This document shows, in pieces, positions 1 through 15,659 of a stretch of 64,000 nt of DNA; the stretch's first letter is position 1, and each line of letters opens with the position of its first letter. The stretch is taken from the NCBI RefSeq assembly GCF_006345805.1, contig NC_042998.1, forward strand, positions 157,108,001 to 157,172,000. The letters run 5' to 3'. This DNA is from Octopus sinensis. Lineage: Eukaryota. The notes beneath the pieces are model-generated. The model was not told the origin of the DNA and did no database searches. It saw only the letters and a list, made by a program, of their open reading frames with translations. A program made the position numbers and the translations under genes.

Positions 1-496
1 ACGGCTATGACAATTCTTTGAAAATTAACCCAAATACCAAAGGCAAACGATTTAGTGTATTTACGTAATTACATTTATGAGAATTGTAGGAGTGGGCTGT
101 AGCAACAACGTTATTATATACATCATACGGTAGATTATATCTTTTATATAACTGTGTTCACACACACACACATACATACATACACATATACACACACATA
201 TGCACGTGTGTGTGTGCGCGCGCAACACACATGCGCGCACTAATTTATATACGTACATAAATTACTAATTTTTATACGTACATTCAAAAAAGTAATTAAT
301 TTATCTGAAGAGAACGAGCACACTCCTCACTCAATAAGGACACTGGGCGAATGGCTCAAATCATTTTGTATTCTTGACAATATTTGAGGATGGAATTCAC
401 GATGCGTCGTTTAAGTCAGTGTTAAATCGAAGTGAAATTGGGCCTATGTAACATCAAAATACGTATTAACTATTTACTGAATTGGATATTGAATTT

Positions 497-795
497 TATG
501 CGTGCATGTATGCATGTATGCATGCATGTGTGTATGTATGTATGTATGTATGTATGTATGTATGTACGTATGCATGCATGCATGTATGTATGTTTGTATG
601 CATGCATGTATGTATGCATGCATGTACGTCTGCATGCATGCATGTATGTATGTTTGTATGTATGTATGCATGTATGCATGCATGTACGTATGCATGTATG
701 TATGTTTGTATGTACGTATGCTTGTATGCATGTTTGTATGTATGTATGTATGCATGTAGACATGCGTGCATACATGTATGTATGCGTGTATATGT
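497..795. repeat. Compound (TATG)/(CATG) microsatellite with partial 60-bp higher-order periodicity
   Basis: Direct reading; blocks near 570-630 and 630-690 are nearly identical. Confidence 0.9.
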
Positions 796-1628
796 ATACA
801 AGCACCACAAGTATTCGTTTATGTATATTGACATTAAAAGTAGGCTAGTTGATGATAACTTTTGTAAACGTTCAGAGCACGCGCGCGCGCGCACACACAC
901 ACACACACACAATCACGCACACGCATACGCACGCACACATTGTGCAAGTGTGCATTTGCGCGTGTATGTGTGTGTATGGTTATGTGTATGAACGTAGTAT
1001 GTATGTGTATGTGTGCTCATGACAGTTTAAACGTTATGCCTATTTAGTCTTTATCGACCGATTGTATGCGTTTATGACTAACTGTGGTTACGTACATTAG
1101 ATTATATACATTTCTAATACAATTTATTAAGAGTTTTATGCCTTTGTACAATACAAACAATAGCTAAATACAATAACTATACAATATTTACAATGAATAA
1201 CAAAATACCGCATGGTATTTAGTCCATGACCATTAACATAACAATTTCTGACTGGCCCGGTGCCACATATACGAAGAAAAAGGCTGCTAGTCAACTAAAT
1301 CGATCTCGGGAGTTTTTTTTAGCGATCTCTGAAGGATGTAAGTTTCAGGTGACCTGGGCAGGTCGTGAACTCAGATCATAAAGGGCCGCAATTAAATATC
1401 ACGAAGCATTTTGTCTGATATTCAAACAGTTCCGCTGCTAACACTTTCTAACATAGGCACAAAACTTAGGGTTGGATATAATCGATGAAATCGATCCTGA
1501 AAGCAAACACGATCTCGATGGGACTTAAACTCAGAACAAAATAATTTCTGTATTTCGCCACGAGGGCCTCGTCAATACAAAACATTGCGGTATAAATAAC
1601 ATAATAAACAAAGTGTTTTGCTTCTTAC

Positions 1629-1992
1629 CTTTGAGATCGTCCACAGCAATTACAGTGTCGTTATTAACATCTAAGTTTTGAAATGCTTCTTTGACAACAG
1701 CCAGGCGAATTCCTGTCAGTGGTGGGCGTAACTTATGCATGAATTCACCAAAATCAATAGTTTTATTATTGTCTATATCTATGGCATTGAAAAGTATAAG
1801 CAGATCAGAATCGCTAATCTCAATTCCATATCTCTGGATACCGAGTTTCAGTTCATCGAAGCATAATCTTTTAGAAAAATCGATGTCCATTGATCGGAAA
1901 ATGAGACCCAGACCTTTAATACCTGATGTACATCCCCGTTTAATGCATTCATTTCGAAGAAATTCGATGAGTTTTTGTGCCCTCTCTTCCAT
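1629..1992 (-). CDS. CAPSL: Coding exon of a calcyphosin-like EF-hand calcium-binding protein (CAPS/CAPSL/CCBP-23 family); the gene continues off the left edge of the window
   Basis: MEERAQKLIEFLRNECIKRGCTSGIKGLGLIFRSMD... matches the calcyphosin N-terminus (LR..C..RG..GIKGLG..FR.MD) and LRPP motif. Three EF-hand loops: DIDFSKRLCFDE, DIDNNKTIDFGE, DVNNDTVIAVDD. Donor AAG|GTAAGA after 1629; pyrimidine tract and AG acceptor before 2008; ATG at 1992. Symbol is family-level only. Confidence 0.88.
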
Positions 1993-2228
1993 TGTCAAGC
2001 GTCTGTATCTAGTTTATGGATAAAAATACGAAAAAGAAAACTAGGCATGTTAAAAAGGAAATAAAACAAAGTAAAAATATAATATTAAATCAAGTGATTA
2101 AAAAGTAATATGAGTTTGGAAAAACGGTAAACAAGTTTACTACTATTAGAGACATACACACGCGCACACACGCACACAAGCATACGGTATATAAAAAAAA
2201 TCTATCTCATCTCTCTTATGTGAGCTAG

Positions 2229-2259
<31 letters not shown>

Positions 2260-2412
2260 GCGTGTGTGTGTGCGTGTACATGCATGCGCACAAATATATT
2301 TATGTGTATGTGTGTGTGTGTGTGTGTGTGTCCGTGTGCATGTGAACGCATATGATTGTTTATATATATATATAAATGACGTGCATGGTCGTTTGATGGG
2401 CGATACAATTTA

Positions 2413-2451
<39 letters not shown>

Positions 2452-2589
2452 GTATTTCTTTCATTTGTTATCTTACCGTTTTTACCAATATATATATATA
2501 TATATGTGTGTGTGTGTATGTATATATCTTGGTATTACAACGTACTGTTGTTAATTATCATCATCATCGTCATCATTATTATTATTTTA

Positions 2590-2710
2590 TCTTTGACTTT
2601 TGTTTTGCATTTGTACAAGTTGGTTCCAAGTCTCACCCAGAGACCTCAAGAGACAAGTTAGAAGTTCATGTTGGTGTTATGCTTTGGGTGCAATATATTT
2701 GGTTTTGTAC
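2590..2710 (-). mobile_element. 3' UTR stub of R4/Dong LINE (family C) between (TTA)-type tracts
   Basis: Matches 55833-55910 (tttgacttttg...caagtctcac.cagagacctcaagagacaa); flanked by ATT/ATC repeats. Confidence 0.7.
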
Positions 2711-3978
2711 TATTATTATTATTATTATTATTATTATTACATCTACTAACATGGTAGAAATGCTGGAAGTCGCTATTCGTAATTACTTTCTTTCCTCTGT
2801 TGTCGCTTTCGATGTTGGTTCTGTCTATCTATATATGTATGTGGCCTCTCGTTGTCGCGTCGCTGACGATGTTTCTACTGCTGCTTGTTATTTGTGTCTT
2901 ATATATGTAACTATGCTTTATCACACCTCTTCATAAAACAAAGATAGCAAGCAGAAAAAAAAAGACTATAAACAGAACCCACTACTAAGCTTGCTGTCAG
3001 TCAGCAAACGAGCTTAAACTAGTCAGTCAGGGAAGCTAGCAAGAGGGAGATAGGGGGAAGAAAAAAAGAAGGAGAGAGAGAGAAAGAGACAGACAGACAG
3101 AGAGAGGAAAGACATACACACCCCCGCACACACACATACATGCACAAACATACGACCACACACGTACACCTACCCACGTACACAGACTGATACACACATA
3201 ATAATCACCTAACGTGTGTTGTACCTCGAATGGAGTCTACATTCTCGCTTACCTTCTTCCACTCGATCAGGTTGAAGGCAGCTTAGAGGGGTTAACTCGT
3301 TTATTTTACTGCAGTAATCGTTCATTTGAAGTGATTCTCATTGTTGTTTTGGTTACCGAATGCTCATCACTGCATCTCACATATGCATTCCTCGGAGACG
3401 CATGGCACACATATTGTCAATGATGGGCGCCATTCTCATAACTACCCACACATCGACGAGTCATGCCCAGAGCACAGCGAAGCTTCTGCATTTCCATGGC
3501 ATGCAGTACCTCTTCATATTTATAGGTCAACACTCAGATCCATAAAGGTCTACTAGGCACACCCGGGTCAGGATTAACCTAGCATGATGCCATATGCTAT
3601 GGACCCTGCACAAAATGCTTGTAAGCTGTCAATTCCAACTGAATGAATTTGTACATGCTCTGTTGATATATACAATGCTGCTTTCAATGTTTATGAACTA
3701 CAGAGTGTTTAAAGTTGATCCAATACTTAGATTACCTCTGTGGAAAATTACTGATTATCAAATCAAATGGCAACAGTAAATGGATAGATTTAATCCTTTT
3801 GACGGTCTTAACTAATAAATTCTATGCACTAAGTCTGACAGTCGTTAACTCTTATGTTTTATCCTGACAATTCTTTGTTTTACAACATTGAAGAGTTACA
3901 TCATCAGTTTTTGAAATGCAATTAATCGTGTTTGATTATATTATGAGTTTTCTCTTGTAAATCAATTTTTGTGAAACC

Positions 3979-5163
<1,185 letters not shown>

Positions 5164-5187
5164 CTATATATATATATATATATATAT

Positions 5188-5365
5188 TTCCTCTGTCTTC
5201 CCTTCTCTGGATCTTTCCTTCTCCTATGTTTCCGACGAAGAGCTCCGCTTGAAACGTTAAACCATCCTTCTTCAGGATTATTGCTAATCCTGAGCGTCCA
5301 ATAATACTATATTTGTTCCACGTCCTCGCGTTGTTTTTTTTTTGTGTTTTCTTGTTTGGATTAAC

Positions 5366-5366
<1 letters not shown>
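5188..5366 (+). mobile_element. Short PLE-pLTR-like repeat between (TA)n tracts carrying a minimal hammerhead-like motif
   Basis: gttt-CCGACGA-a-gagc-tcc-gctt-GAAACGTT-aaac at about 5228-5262; related to 13397-13580 (shared cctgagcgtc.a..aatac). Confidence 0.55.
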
Positions 5367-5435
<69 letters not shown>

Positions 5436-7204
5436 CGTGTGTGTATATATATATACATGCATACATATATATACATACACACATATATACATATATAAAT
5501 ATATATAGAGAGGGGGAGGGAGAGAGAAGGTGAGAGAGACAGAGAAAAGAAAGAGAGAGTGAGTTAGAACGAGAGGCAGAGAGAGTATGTAAAATAACTC
5601 AAAACGATAGTTATTAAGTTGTTTCCCACCTCCTCACCACACAATGGTCTGCTTGTTGTATCATTAAACTTACACCCACTCGTAATCCAACAAGGAAGTC
5701 TTAACACGGTCGCTCGACTCGCATGAAATAGCTGCCAAATTATATTCCCTCACATATCTTGCCTCAGTTGTATCCTTTAGGGTCAAATGAGGCGAGTACA
5801 TCCGTTCCTCGAAACTTGTTCCAACGTAAGAAGCTATTTCAAAGATAATTTACGATTAAAATATAATGGAACGGTGCAGTTCCAATTATTGACAGAAGAC
5901 TTGCATTCTTCCTTTCATTTTACTTTCTATTATAGACTGACCTGGCAACTACTCTTTTCAAGATGAAGTAGATTGATGTTGTTGATGTTCAGATTGACGA
6001 ATTTTGAAGAAAACATGTGGGTATATGTGGAAGGGGTCTTGCAGTAGGTTCATAAAATAATTAATTCCATAAGTAGAAGGGACAGAGAAGACTAACGCGG
6101 ATGACTGACAGTGGCTGAAACATTTTGATTTTTGCCGTTCAAACAGATGACATTCCTTCAGATAGTAAAAATGAAATACAAAAAAAAAAGCAACAAATAA
6201 AAAGATACTTTTATAAATATACTTTCGATAGACCGATAAAATAAGTACTAGGCTTACAAAGAATAAGTCCTGGGATCGATTTGATCGACTAAAGGCGGTG
6301 CCCCATCATGACCACAGTCACATGACTGAAACAAGTAAAAGAGTAAAGAGTATATTTGGTCTTTAAAAAATAATAATTTTCACTTATTATATCAGATGTA
6401 TTCAACATGCACTTAAACACTTAACCGCATACGCATACACACATACATCCACCCACATACACATATTAACATATAGTCACGCACACTCATATGAAAAAAC
6501 AGTCACACACGGCAAGTTAAATAAACACATTTACACACGCAAATACATACAAATACATCACTTGACTCAACCAACCATGAACTCACTTATATACTTATAC
6601 ATTCTAAGTACTTAGCAAACTAAACAGCTGTCACCATGCAGCAATGTTGTAATTTAGGTTGTATAAACATTGCTAATTTTCTGTGCATGTTTTTTGTGAG
6701 TCGTTCGTCATACACTATTGCACTATAGCAGTTGTAAACGCTTTACAAGATAACTGGATATCTCCCTCTCATGTTGAATGTGGATCACTGACAATTCCGT
6801 AGCTTGTCTATCATCGGTAGAAAGGTCGCTCCATTAACGTCTAGTACAGAGTAATATCATACTGTAGAACATCTAAAATACTGATTACCCCAAATGGTCA
6901 TAAAATGAGGCAGAAAAAGAATTATCAGTTGTGCACAAGTGACAAGCCTTTTAATCGAGCATTACCCGCAGGACTAGGAATTATTGCTAATTTTTCAACC
7001 TGGCTTCAAGCCAAATAGAAATATTGTCGAATAAACTATCCTTCGAAATGTGCATCGACGTCTAGTGTTCAAGAAAGCGCAGTTTGTAGTGACTTTGACG
7101 GATTTTTAAGGATATTTGACTTTGCAAACAAAACACAAATCTGGGGCTTCTAAGCATTTAGATGACTGTTTCATTCATTGATAATATAATCCTTTATACA
7201 GTAT

Positions 7205-7343
7205 GTAAGCTTGCTTTCCAACCACATGATTCTGAGTTCAATCTCACTGAGTGGTATCTTGGGTAAATGTTTTCTACTATAGCCTCGGGCCGACCAAAGC
7301 CATGTGAGTGGATTTGGTAGACGGAAACTGAAAGAAGCCCGTC

Positions 7344-7385
<42 letters not shown>

Positions 7386-7718
7386 TTTCAGCCAAAATTG
7401 TTAAGATATAAGGATTTTCTTAACATGGAACAATAGTAGCATCAACACGCCAATAAAGAAATTCTATCCGCCAATGCAGTGTTGAGCACTCATTCTCGTC
7501 GTTCGACATTTCCGTATGGGTGTGTGTGTATGTGTCTTTGTGTTTTTGTTAGTTCCCCGCCACCGCTTGACAACCGGTGTTGGTGTGCTTACGTCCCCTA
7601 TAAGTAGTAGGCTTATCGGAAAATAAGTACTATCATCGATTCATTCGACTAAAATAATTGTTCAAGGCGGTGCCCCAGCATAGCCACAGTCTAATAACTG
7701 AAACAAGTAAAAAATAAA

Positions 7719-7720
<2 letters not shown>
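7205..7720 (+). mobile_element. tRNA-derived SINE (family 1) with internal microsatellite
   Basis: Head gtaagcttgctttccaaccacatg..gagttcaatc; body ttggg.aa.tgt.ttctactatagcctcgggccgaccaaagc shared with 30633-30800; tail aaggcggtgccccagcat..ccacagtc...actgaaacaagtaaaa shared with 6231-6350. Confidence 0.85.
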
Positions 7721-7755
<35 letters not shown>

Positions 7756-7769
7756 CACACAAATATACT

Positions 7770-7808
<39 letters not shown>

Positions 7809-7818
7809 TATGTGTGTG

Positions 7819-7850
<32 letters not shown>

Positions 7851-9149
7851 TGTATGTATGTGTTTGTGTGCTCTCTTCTGTTTTAACTAATGTAAGTCTT
7901 TCCTGTAAGGAAAGAGTTGGCTTTTAACATAGACATAAAGTTTTATCGCTGGAATGCAGCTAACAAGAACTATTCGCACTTTCACCATGAGAAAAGCCAC
8001 GCATATTTTAACTGCTCTCCTTACAACTTGCATATTGATTTCTTTTTCTGGAAATTCCAACTTTTCCAGATTATCACAAAACTTATTGCACCAGTTATTA
8101 TTGGTATATATGTAAATGTATGTAAGTATGTATGTATGAATATTTACAGCTGTCACTCATTAAAGAACATGACTTCGTATCTTGGTATTACCATGTACAA
8201 TGCTTTCGCTAGTAGTTTTAAGTTACCTCGTCATTGGTAACGCATACGTATACACGCACACAGACAGACAGACACATGCACATACGCACACGTGTGTATG
8301 CATAAACAAGATAGATACAATGTTTTTAGAATGCTATCCTATAGCTTTATTGCTATAAAACCTCTTGTATTGATGTTGTAGTTTTAGGTGGCATGGCAAA
8401 CAATAAAAATGCCTTCAGGTAAAGTGTAACCGTATTTAGAGAGGGGCATATGTCAGAGGAGTGTGTATTTGTTTTGTGGTGTATATATTCTTGAGAAGAG
8501 GTTTACAAGTGCAGAAATATTGTGGAGTGGATAAGTGAGGTCGCGAGGTTTTGGTGTGTGTGTGTGTGTGTGTGTGTAAGTGTGTAAGGAAAGCGTGGAA
8601 TTGAGGTGGAAGCAGGCGCTAGTAGAGGGTTTGACGGAAGTGGGTTCAAGACTGTGGGTGTGAGACGCTGTTATATGGAAGGAAGGTATGAATAAGAGAA
8701 GCGAAAATGAGAAAAAGATGCGCGCTCAAAGCGATTAGAGGAGTAAAAAAAAATTGGAGATAAATTAATTACTATAAAGCACTAGAATAAAAATTTACGC
8801 GTTCTGCATGTGGAGAAAAATCATATAAAAAAATCACAAGACATTTGTGGTAGGAGTGTCCTATGTATGGAGAGTAACTTGTAAAGGAAATTGGGTGACG
8901 CACATAGGCAAGAGGAATGCGATAGAATAGTGTTGGTTCACCAGAGTATAAAGCGTTTCTCACAGAAGAAAGAAAAATACTTTCTTTTAAAAAAATACGC
9001 TGGATGTGAAGAAGTAGTAAATTCCACAGAGGTGGGGTGTAAAAACAACCAGGTAAAATCTGTCGAAGTGAGTTAGTTAGAACGTATGGCACGAAAGGGA
9101 TGGGCAGAATCACATGATAGAGATAAATAGCAGATGGTGGGGATGGGTG

Positions 9150-10520
9150 ATGGAAAAAAATTCTTTTTAGACAGAAGAGTTTGCGAGCCCGTAATGCAAG
9201 TGTTTTTGTTTATATACATTAACCATGTCATGAATAAATAACAATTCTGCAGATACAAGGAAAGGGGAATTTTGAAAGCGAATTTCTTTTAAGAACGAAA
9301 TATCTTAGATGAATATTTCAAAGAGATTCCTTCTATCTGTTTCTTTCCTTTTAGTATCTCTAGCTAACATGTTAAACAAACTGGATTCGAATATAAATGC
9401 GATGGGAGGAACAATAAACTATCCTTTATATCTGGATGACCTCAAGTTACAACCGCAGAAGAACGACTACAACTATTATTAGAGACAGTAGAAGAAATTA
9501 TATGGAATTCGGTTTAAAAGAATATGCTAAAGCGAGTTCGAAAGAACAGGAATGAATGAATACCACTAATACAATGTTAGATAAAGAATCAATGGCATGA
9601 GAATTCTAAACATAGACTTACGCATACTTAGGAGTTAATGAACTTGACTGTGTACAACGCACAAACTCAACAAAAGATTTTACAGACATAAAATTAGTAC
9701 TTTAAACATTTAATATTATGAATAGAATATTAGGAATCGATACATTAGTTATCTCATTAATAATTTATAGTTATGATATTCTTGCCTGGACGCTAAGTGA
9801 ATTAACAAGATCAGGCAAGAAAACAAGAAAAAAAATCGTTTCTAATTTAGGGCACATGCTGGCACGTTTGAAACAAGAGTGTTTTCCGATACTTGACTGG
9901 CAATTTATTTCATCGACCCAGAAGTATGAAAGGCAAAGTTGATCTTGGCGGAATTTGAACTCAGTACATCAAGAGCAATGCATTTTTTCTAAAGCTCCTC
10001 TCAGCAAACTTATATTTACTACGAATAGAGGAAGGAAGAGCCTTCACTATCTCGAAAATTATGATAATCTATCATAGAACTACAAAAATATCCAGTAAAG
10101 GATAAAACATGATCAGAACAGAAACTTGTCCTCAAGGAAGCCAATAAATATAAAAAAGAGGCTAAGGTAACAGATCGATATGAAGAGAATGCCTAAATAA
10201 CAACAAAATTTGTTAAAAAAAACTAAGATAGAAATTTCTATCTTAGACGGTTGCAAGAAAACAGCCTACAAGACTAATATCTGATAAGATTAAACGGAGA
10301 AGAATCTCAGCAGGGGTTGAGAAGCGCATAACTCACAGCCGTGACCGAATGATTTTTATTGCAGCACGAGATCCACACCTACAACATACAGCTAAATTTA
10401 TTACGATAAATTGACATGGTGTCTCTCTTATGTTGTAAATCAAGTTCCATTGTCCAAGAAAAATTGGCATATTAGATACCCAAGTATAAATTGTAATAAG
10501 ATTATCGAGCTCATGTTGGT
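9150..10520 (+). mobile_element. Highly decayed R4/Dong-like LINE remnant
   Basis: Residual motifs LYLDDLKL (about 9426-9449), YAYLGVNE and NRILGIDTLVISLIIYSYDILAWTLSELT, homologous to the better copies at 47-49 kb and 53-55 kb. Confidence 0.7.
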
Positions 10521-11483
10521 AACTTCGAAAGAAAAAAAAAACAACGCACATGATTTTTTTAATACTCAGGAGTGAATGGAAAAAGTGTCGACATGTGTTG
10601 GCTATTAACGATGTTTATAGGGTTGACACATAATGAGATACGTGTAGAAAGTGAATATTGAGAAATACAACAGGTATACAAATATTGCACTACCTCTCAC
10701 GTTCTCTACCTCGTCTCTCTCTAGTTTTGTTGTAATTATTGTTAAACCTCAAATCAGTCTTCATAGAACAAAGCTATGTGAAAGCTGTCTCATTTGTGAC
10801 CATCATATCCTTCTCCGGACACTTTATAAATTGTGTCATTCCATACTTAAAAAATTTCAAGGAAATTTGACTGCTATTAGATAGCATAAAAAACCGTGGG
10901 AACTTGCTGTTCCCACCTTGACTCGGAAGTTGATAAGAATTTATCCAAGAAGTAAATATCTTCAATTAGTAAATCGATAGACAGTCACTTCAATACCATA
11001 AATCTGTGAAAATTATATCCTTCTTAACTTAACCATTTGGGAAAAGGAAAAACTTGAATGAAGTGCATTTTTGAAATGTTAATGTGCGTGGACCAATGCT
11101 AGCAGTATGGTGATACAATATGTTTTCAGTGCTAAGATACATATTTTTTTCCGTTCTGATCTAAAATATGCACCAGCAAAATTTGAAACGTGAGCCTAAC
11201 AGCCTAATTTCATGTTACATTCACAAACATAAGTCATTGGTTCGATTTACAACACGGTTGTCGGGTGACCTTGTTGAGAAATACATATAATTTCCCCTGG
11301 GTCCAAGTCCACACGCCTGAAATGATGGCACTTCGCAGATAATTAGCCCCCAAATCTTACAAATGTTAAAGGTCAATAATCATTGAAAGCTGTGGCATAT
11401 TGGGTGGTGATAGGCGAAATATTGCTGTCGAAGAATTTGGAGTCTCCTGCTAAATTTAGAAATCAACATTCTGTACATTAATA

Positions 11484-11672
11484 AGGCGGCGAGCTGGCAG
11501 AATCGTTATTGTGCCGGATAAAATGCTTAGCAGCATTTCATCCATCTTTACATTCTGAGTTCAAATTCCTCCGCGGTCGAATTTGCCTTTCATTGTTCGG
11601 GGTCAATAAAATAAATACCGGTTACGCTCCCACTCGCAATTGCTGGCCTTTAGCCAAAATTTGAAACCAATA
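11484..11672 (+). mobile_element. tRNA-derived SINE (family 2)
   Basis: ggcggcgagctggcagaatcgtta (A box)...gagttcaaattcc (B box)...gtcgaatttgcctttcat...ggggtcaataaaataaatacc. Confidence 0.85.
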
Positions 11673-13078
11673 TTCTGTACATTAAGAAAGAGGAGTGCAA
11701 TTGGCTTTTGTCTCTTCATGATATAAAAGTAAGAAGTATTTGTACAGCGATGTCGTTATATCTTTATAATATCTACTTTGTTTGTTTATGGCGCTGTTTC
11801 AGTCCGAAAGGGTATCAAGGATCACAACTCAACTCAGGAATAGGCGTGCGAACTCATAGTCAGTGAACCAGGATTCGGAAATGTTATTCACTCGTCCAGT
11901 TTTATTAGTTTGAAATACATTAAATAGAAAATTTGATGAGTGGCACGAAATCCACAAAAGCTGGTGAATATTGTTTAACTATTGTGAAAGCTCCATTGTT
12001 TCCATTCTGTTTGCTATCGTTCAGCTAATATTCAACTGCTGATATGTAATACAATTACATCTAACACAGTCACCACATTAATAAAGAATTTCGCAAATGT
12101 TATCGTTACTAACATTATTTGACACAAAGTTTCTTATTATTCCACTTAACTACTATCCGGTGTAAATAATTGCTTTCTATTATCTATAAATACAGTGAGC
12201 ATAAATATTGAATGATTTTAGTGGAGAATCACAATTAGTAAGAATACATGATAAAATACAACTAAATATTATTTCCTACATTGGAACATGGTTTCGAGCT
12301 GTTCTTTAGCTCGTGGTAAACGCTGATCGAGTAGACCGATGGTTAAAAGCGTTCCACTTGTGATCATCCATCCATTTTTTTTTGGTTAGAACAGGTATTA
12401 ATTTCAGAAACGACAACAGGATATTGTGAAGTAGCATTTCGAGATTTTGAGGTAACACATAAGTAAATATTTCATCATAGAGTCACTTCTGTTTCATTGC
12501 TATAACTTATAAATTCTTCAATGTGGAATAAATATAAATATCCTCTCTTTCTAATAACAGAAAATTGCCAGCCAATTTCATGAGTGTTAGGTCATTTGCG
12601 TGAACACAAATCAGTTGTAGGAATATATGCAACAACACACAATATACGCTTAAAGATTGGTCGCTCATAGAATTATTAATGACAAATGAGGTTTCATTCG
12701 AATGCTCTGTGCGTTGCTTAAAGTTTCCAAATGATCTTTAAAGTAAAAAATACGTCCCGGATTTGGTGGGTGCGAATGGCTATAAGGAGTATTTGGAGTA
12801 AAATAGCCATAAGTCACAGGCACATTGACCTTTCCTATAAACATGAGTTTTTCGCTTTTGACAAACGTATCCTTTAAACAAAAGTTTTTTGCTTTTGTTT
12901 TCAGTTGCAAATTTCATTAAAAAAACACAAGGAAACGATAAGGAGTTGAATATTTAACAAGGAATCACAGACAAAACTAAAGCCTAAGCAAACATCACGA
13001 TCATGAAGTACAAAACAAATTAATGTTATATTCTATGAGGAGAAGCAAGATCTAACGTTTTGGACATTTGGGAGAGAT

Positions 13079-13117
<39 letters not shown>

Positions 13118-13366
13118 TAAAGAGAAGGAGAGAGACAGAGTGGAAATAAAATTGATATATACAGTGGTCAGTCATTTTGGACAAAGAGAAAGTGTTGATG
13201 GTTCTCCATCATTCGACGATGAGGATTCATTGTTCGATCAACTGAATTACCTGTTCCTAGATTAATAGGAGCATATAAGTAGTTAAGCATTCCACAGGTA
13301 CATGTACTCTTAATGTAATTCTCGACAGATCTAATGTAGTGAAAATGTTACACGCTTAGATATAGT

Positions 13367-13396
<30 letters not shown>

Positions 13397-13418
<22 letters not shown>

Positions 13419-13580
13419 GCCATGTTGGGCCACTGAACTCAACACGTTTTTTCCATTCTCTCTCTATTTCCTCTTATTCCTTTCTGTCGAAGAGCGTAGG
13501 CTCGAACCGTAGAAGACTTTTCTATTTTTCCTGAGCGTCAAACTAATACACTTGTTTGTTGTTTCAATACCAGATATACC
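13397..13580 (+). mobile_element. Short PLE-pLTR-like repeat following (TA)n with a degenerate hammerhead-like motif
   Basis: ctgtcgaa-gagc-gtag-gctc-gaaccgta at about 13484-13511; related to 5188-5366. Confidence 0.45.
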
Positions 13581-14026
13581 TCGAACAAGGCCTAGTGCTG
13601 CCATCTCTAGCGGTTATCCTGTGCCAATGAAAAGAAATAACTCAGAAACCATGGTTCGCAGGTGCCGTTTAAGGCTGAATGGGGACATTAGCTTTCTTGT
13701 TCAAGGGACAAGGACGCAGCATGAAAAGATGTTTTCCTTAGGCTAAAAATGGTAGCAATATCTTCCTAACCAGAATTGCTAATTTATGTTGGTAAATAGA
13801 TTTTACTCTGTAGTACTGTTACTACTTGCTTCCCGCTCAGAGATTTATTACTAAATGTTTTTCTCCATATATATATATATGTATGTATGCATGCATGCAT
13901 GCATGCATGTATGTATGTATGTATGTATGTATGTATGTATGTATGTATGTATGTATGTATGTATGTATGTGCGTGTGTAAGCGCTTGTATTTATATATAG
14001 TTATGTATATACATATATGCATATTT

Positions 14027-14253
14027 ATTTCTTTATTGCTCACAGGGGGCTAAACATTGAGGGGATAAACAAGGACAGACAAAGAGAAACGTTGATTACA
14101 TCGACCCCAGTGCGTAACTGGTACTTATTTAATCGAACCCGCAAGGATGAAAGGCAAAGTCGACCTCGGCGGAATTTGAACTCAGAACGTAACGGCAGAC
14201 GAAATACCGCTAAGCATTTCGCCCAGCGTGCTAAAGTTTCTGCCTGTTCGCTG
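14027..14253 (-). mobile_element. tRNA-derived SINE (family 2)
   Basis: Reverse complement of the family 2 consensus (gaaaggcaaagtcgacctcggcggaatttgaactcagaacgt...gctaagcatttcgccc.gcgtgctaa). Confidence 0.88.
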
Positions 14254-15054
14254 CGAATGTACATATTGCCATGCACACGCACCCTCCATGTACATCAATG
14301 GTTAGCTGGAAAATAATCGAATAAGTATTTTAAACTGACTGGACATTGTTTGTGACATTTCAGAATCATTTCATAATCTATGGAGTTTGAATGACGAAAC
14401 ACAATTAATAACGAGTGAGACAAAGTTGAACAAAAACGAAACGTTATGAACTGGTCTTGGGAAATCATTAAAATATATGATGCCTAGGAAAAGTTCCTGG
14501 CAAGACGCGTTTTTAGAGACAAAAAAGGAGCAAATCGACAATAATAATTTAAAAAATTATGAATAATAAATAATAAAACCTAGGGAAAATAGATAAATGA
14601 ATGCATGAATTTGGGAAAAGGAAGTCAAAGAAAAAGCTAAAAAGATATTGATAAAAAGCGAGATAAGTAAAGAGGTTTGTGATATACAACATTGCTGAAC
14701 ATTGATTGATACATAATATCAGGTTGAATAATATCTATCTTTCAATCAATCAACCTATGAGTCTATTGTTAATGAATTACGAAAGAACAAGAACTCCATA
14801 GACACATTCATAAGCTTACACTTTTTTCTGCCATAAAAAGCAATGCATCATCATCCTATAGCTAATGATGGTGCCGACGTGACTCCTGTCCTCTTGTCTT
14901 TTATTAATTCATGTACTCCCCATACCCTTTACTCTAAGGCATTTGTATGTTGACTCCAAAAACCTAAGCACAAGGTAAAGTATATGCTGTTATTCTGCCA
15001 AACTACTCCACGCACGCGCATCCCACTTTCTCTTCCTGCACGTATGTATGTATG

Positions 15055-15088
<34 letters not shown>

Positions 15089-15208
15089 TGTATGTATGTA
15101 TGTATGTATGTATGTATGTATGTATGCATGTATGTATGTATGTATGCGTATATGTGTATATATATATGCATATATAAACATGATATTGCATATATGTGGA
15201 TGCATAGG

Positions 15209-15300
<92 letters not shown>

Positions 15301-15659
15301 AGTCTGTCTGTCTGTCTGTCTGTCTACCTTTTCCTTCTCCCCTCCCCCTCTTTATGTATTTATTATTTGTAGGATTCACTCGAATCAAGATATTTTAATA
15401 TTAAGGACACCAAGCGCGGGTCGAGATCTGCGCATCCTTGTATATACCGTATACAAAACACGCCCGCTTGCACATACACACATATTCATACACTTACATA
15501 TACACGTACATGGCCACATCACTTTATACATAAATATAAATATACCTGTACATGAAATTACATACCCATGCATACCGGCATGCAGTTTCACGAGCCAATG
15601 TAAGTTTCATATCCAACATAGAGTAGAATGGTGTTTACATAAAGAAAGTACACAAATGG

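Noticed and set aside
432-991. Overlapping ORFs rich in MYVC/HTYI, and the many similar IYIY, CVCV and poly-I/Y/L ORFs across the window
   Set aside because: Translations of stop-free microsatellites, not genes.
1531-1628. C-terminal part of the 155-aa ORF
   Set aside because: Lies beyond the GTAAGA donor; intron read-through.
5941-6155. Minus-strand exon-like segment (AG...CAG|GTCAGT)
   Set aside because: Stops in all three frames; could only be a UTR exon and there is no supporting evidence.
8700-9110. Possible decayed PLE endonuclease remnant
   Set aside because: Too degenerate to support by eye.
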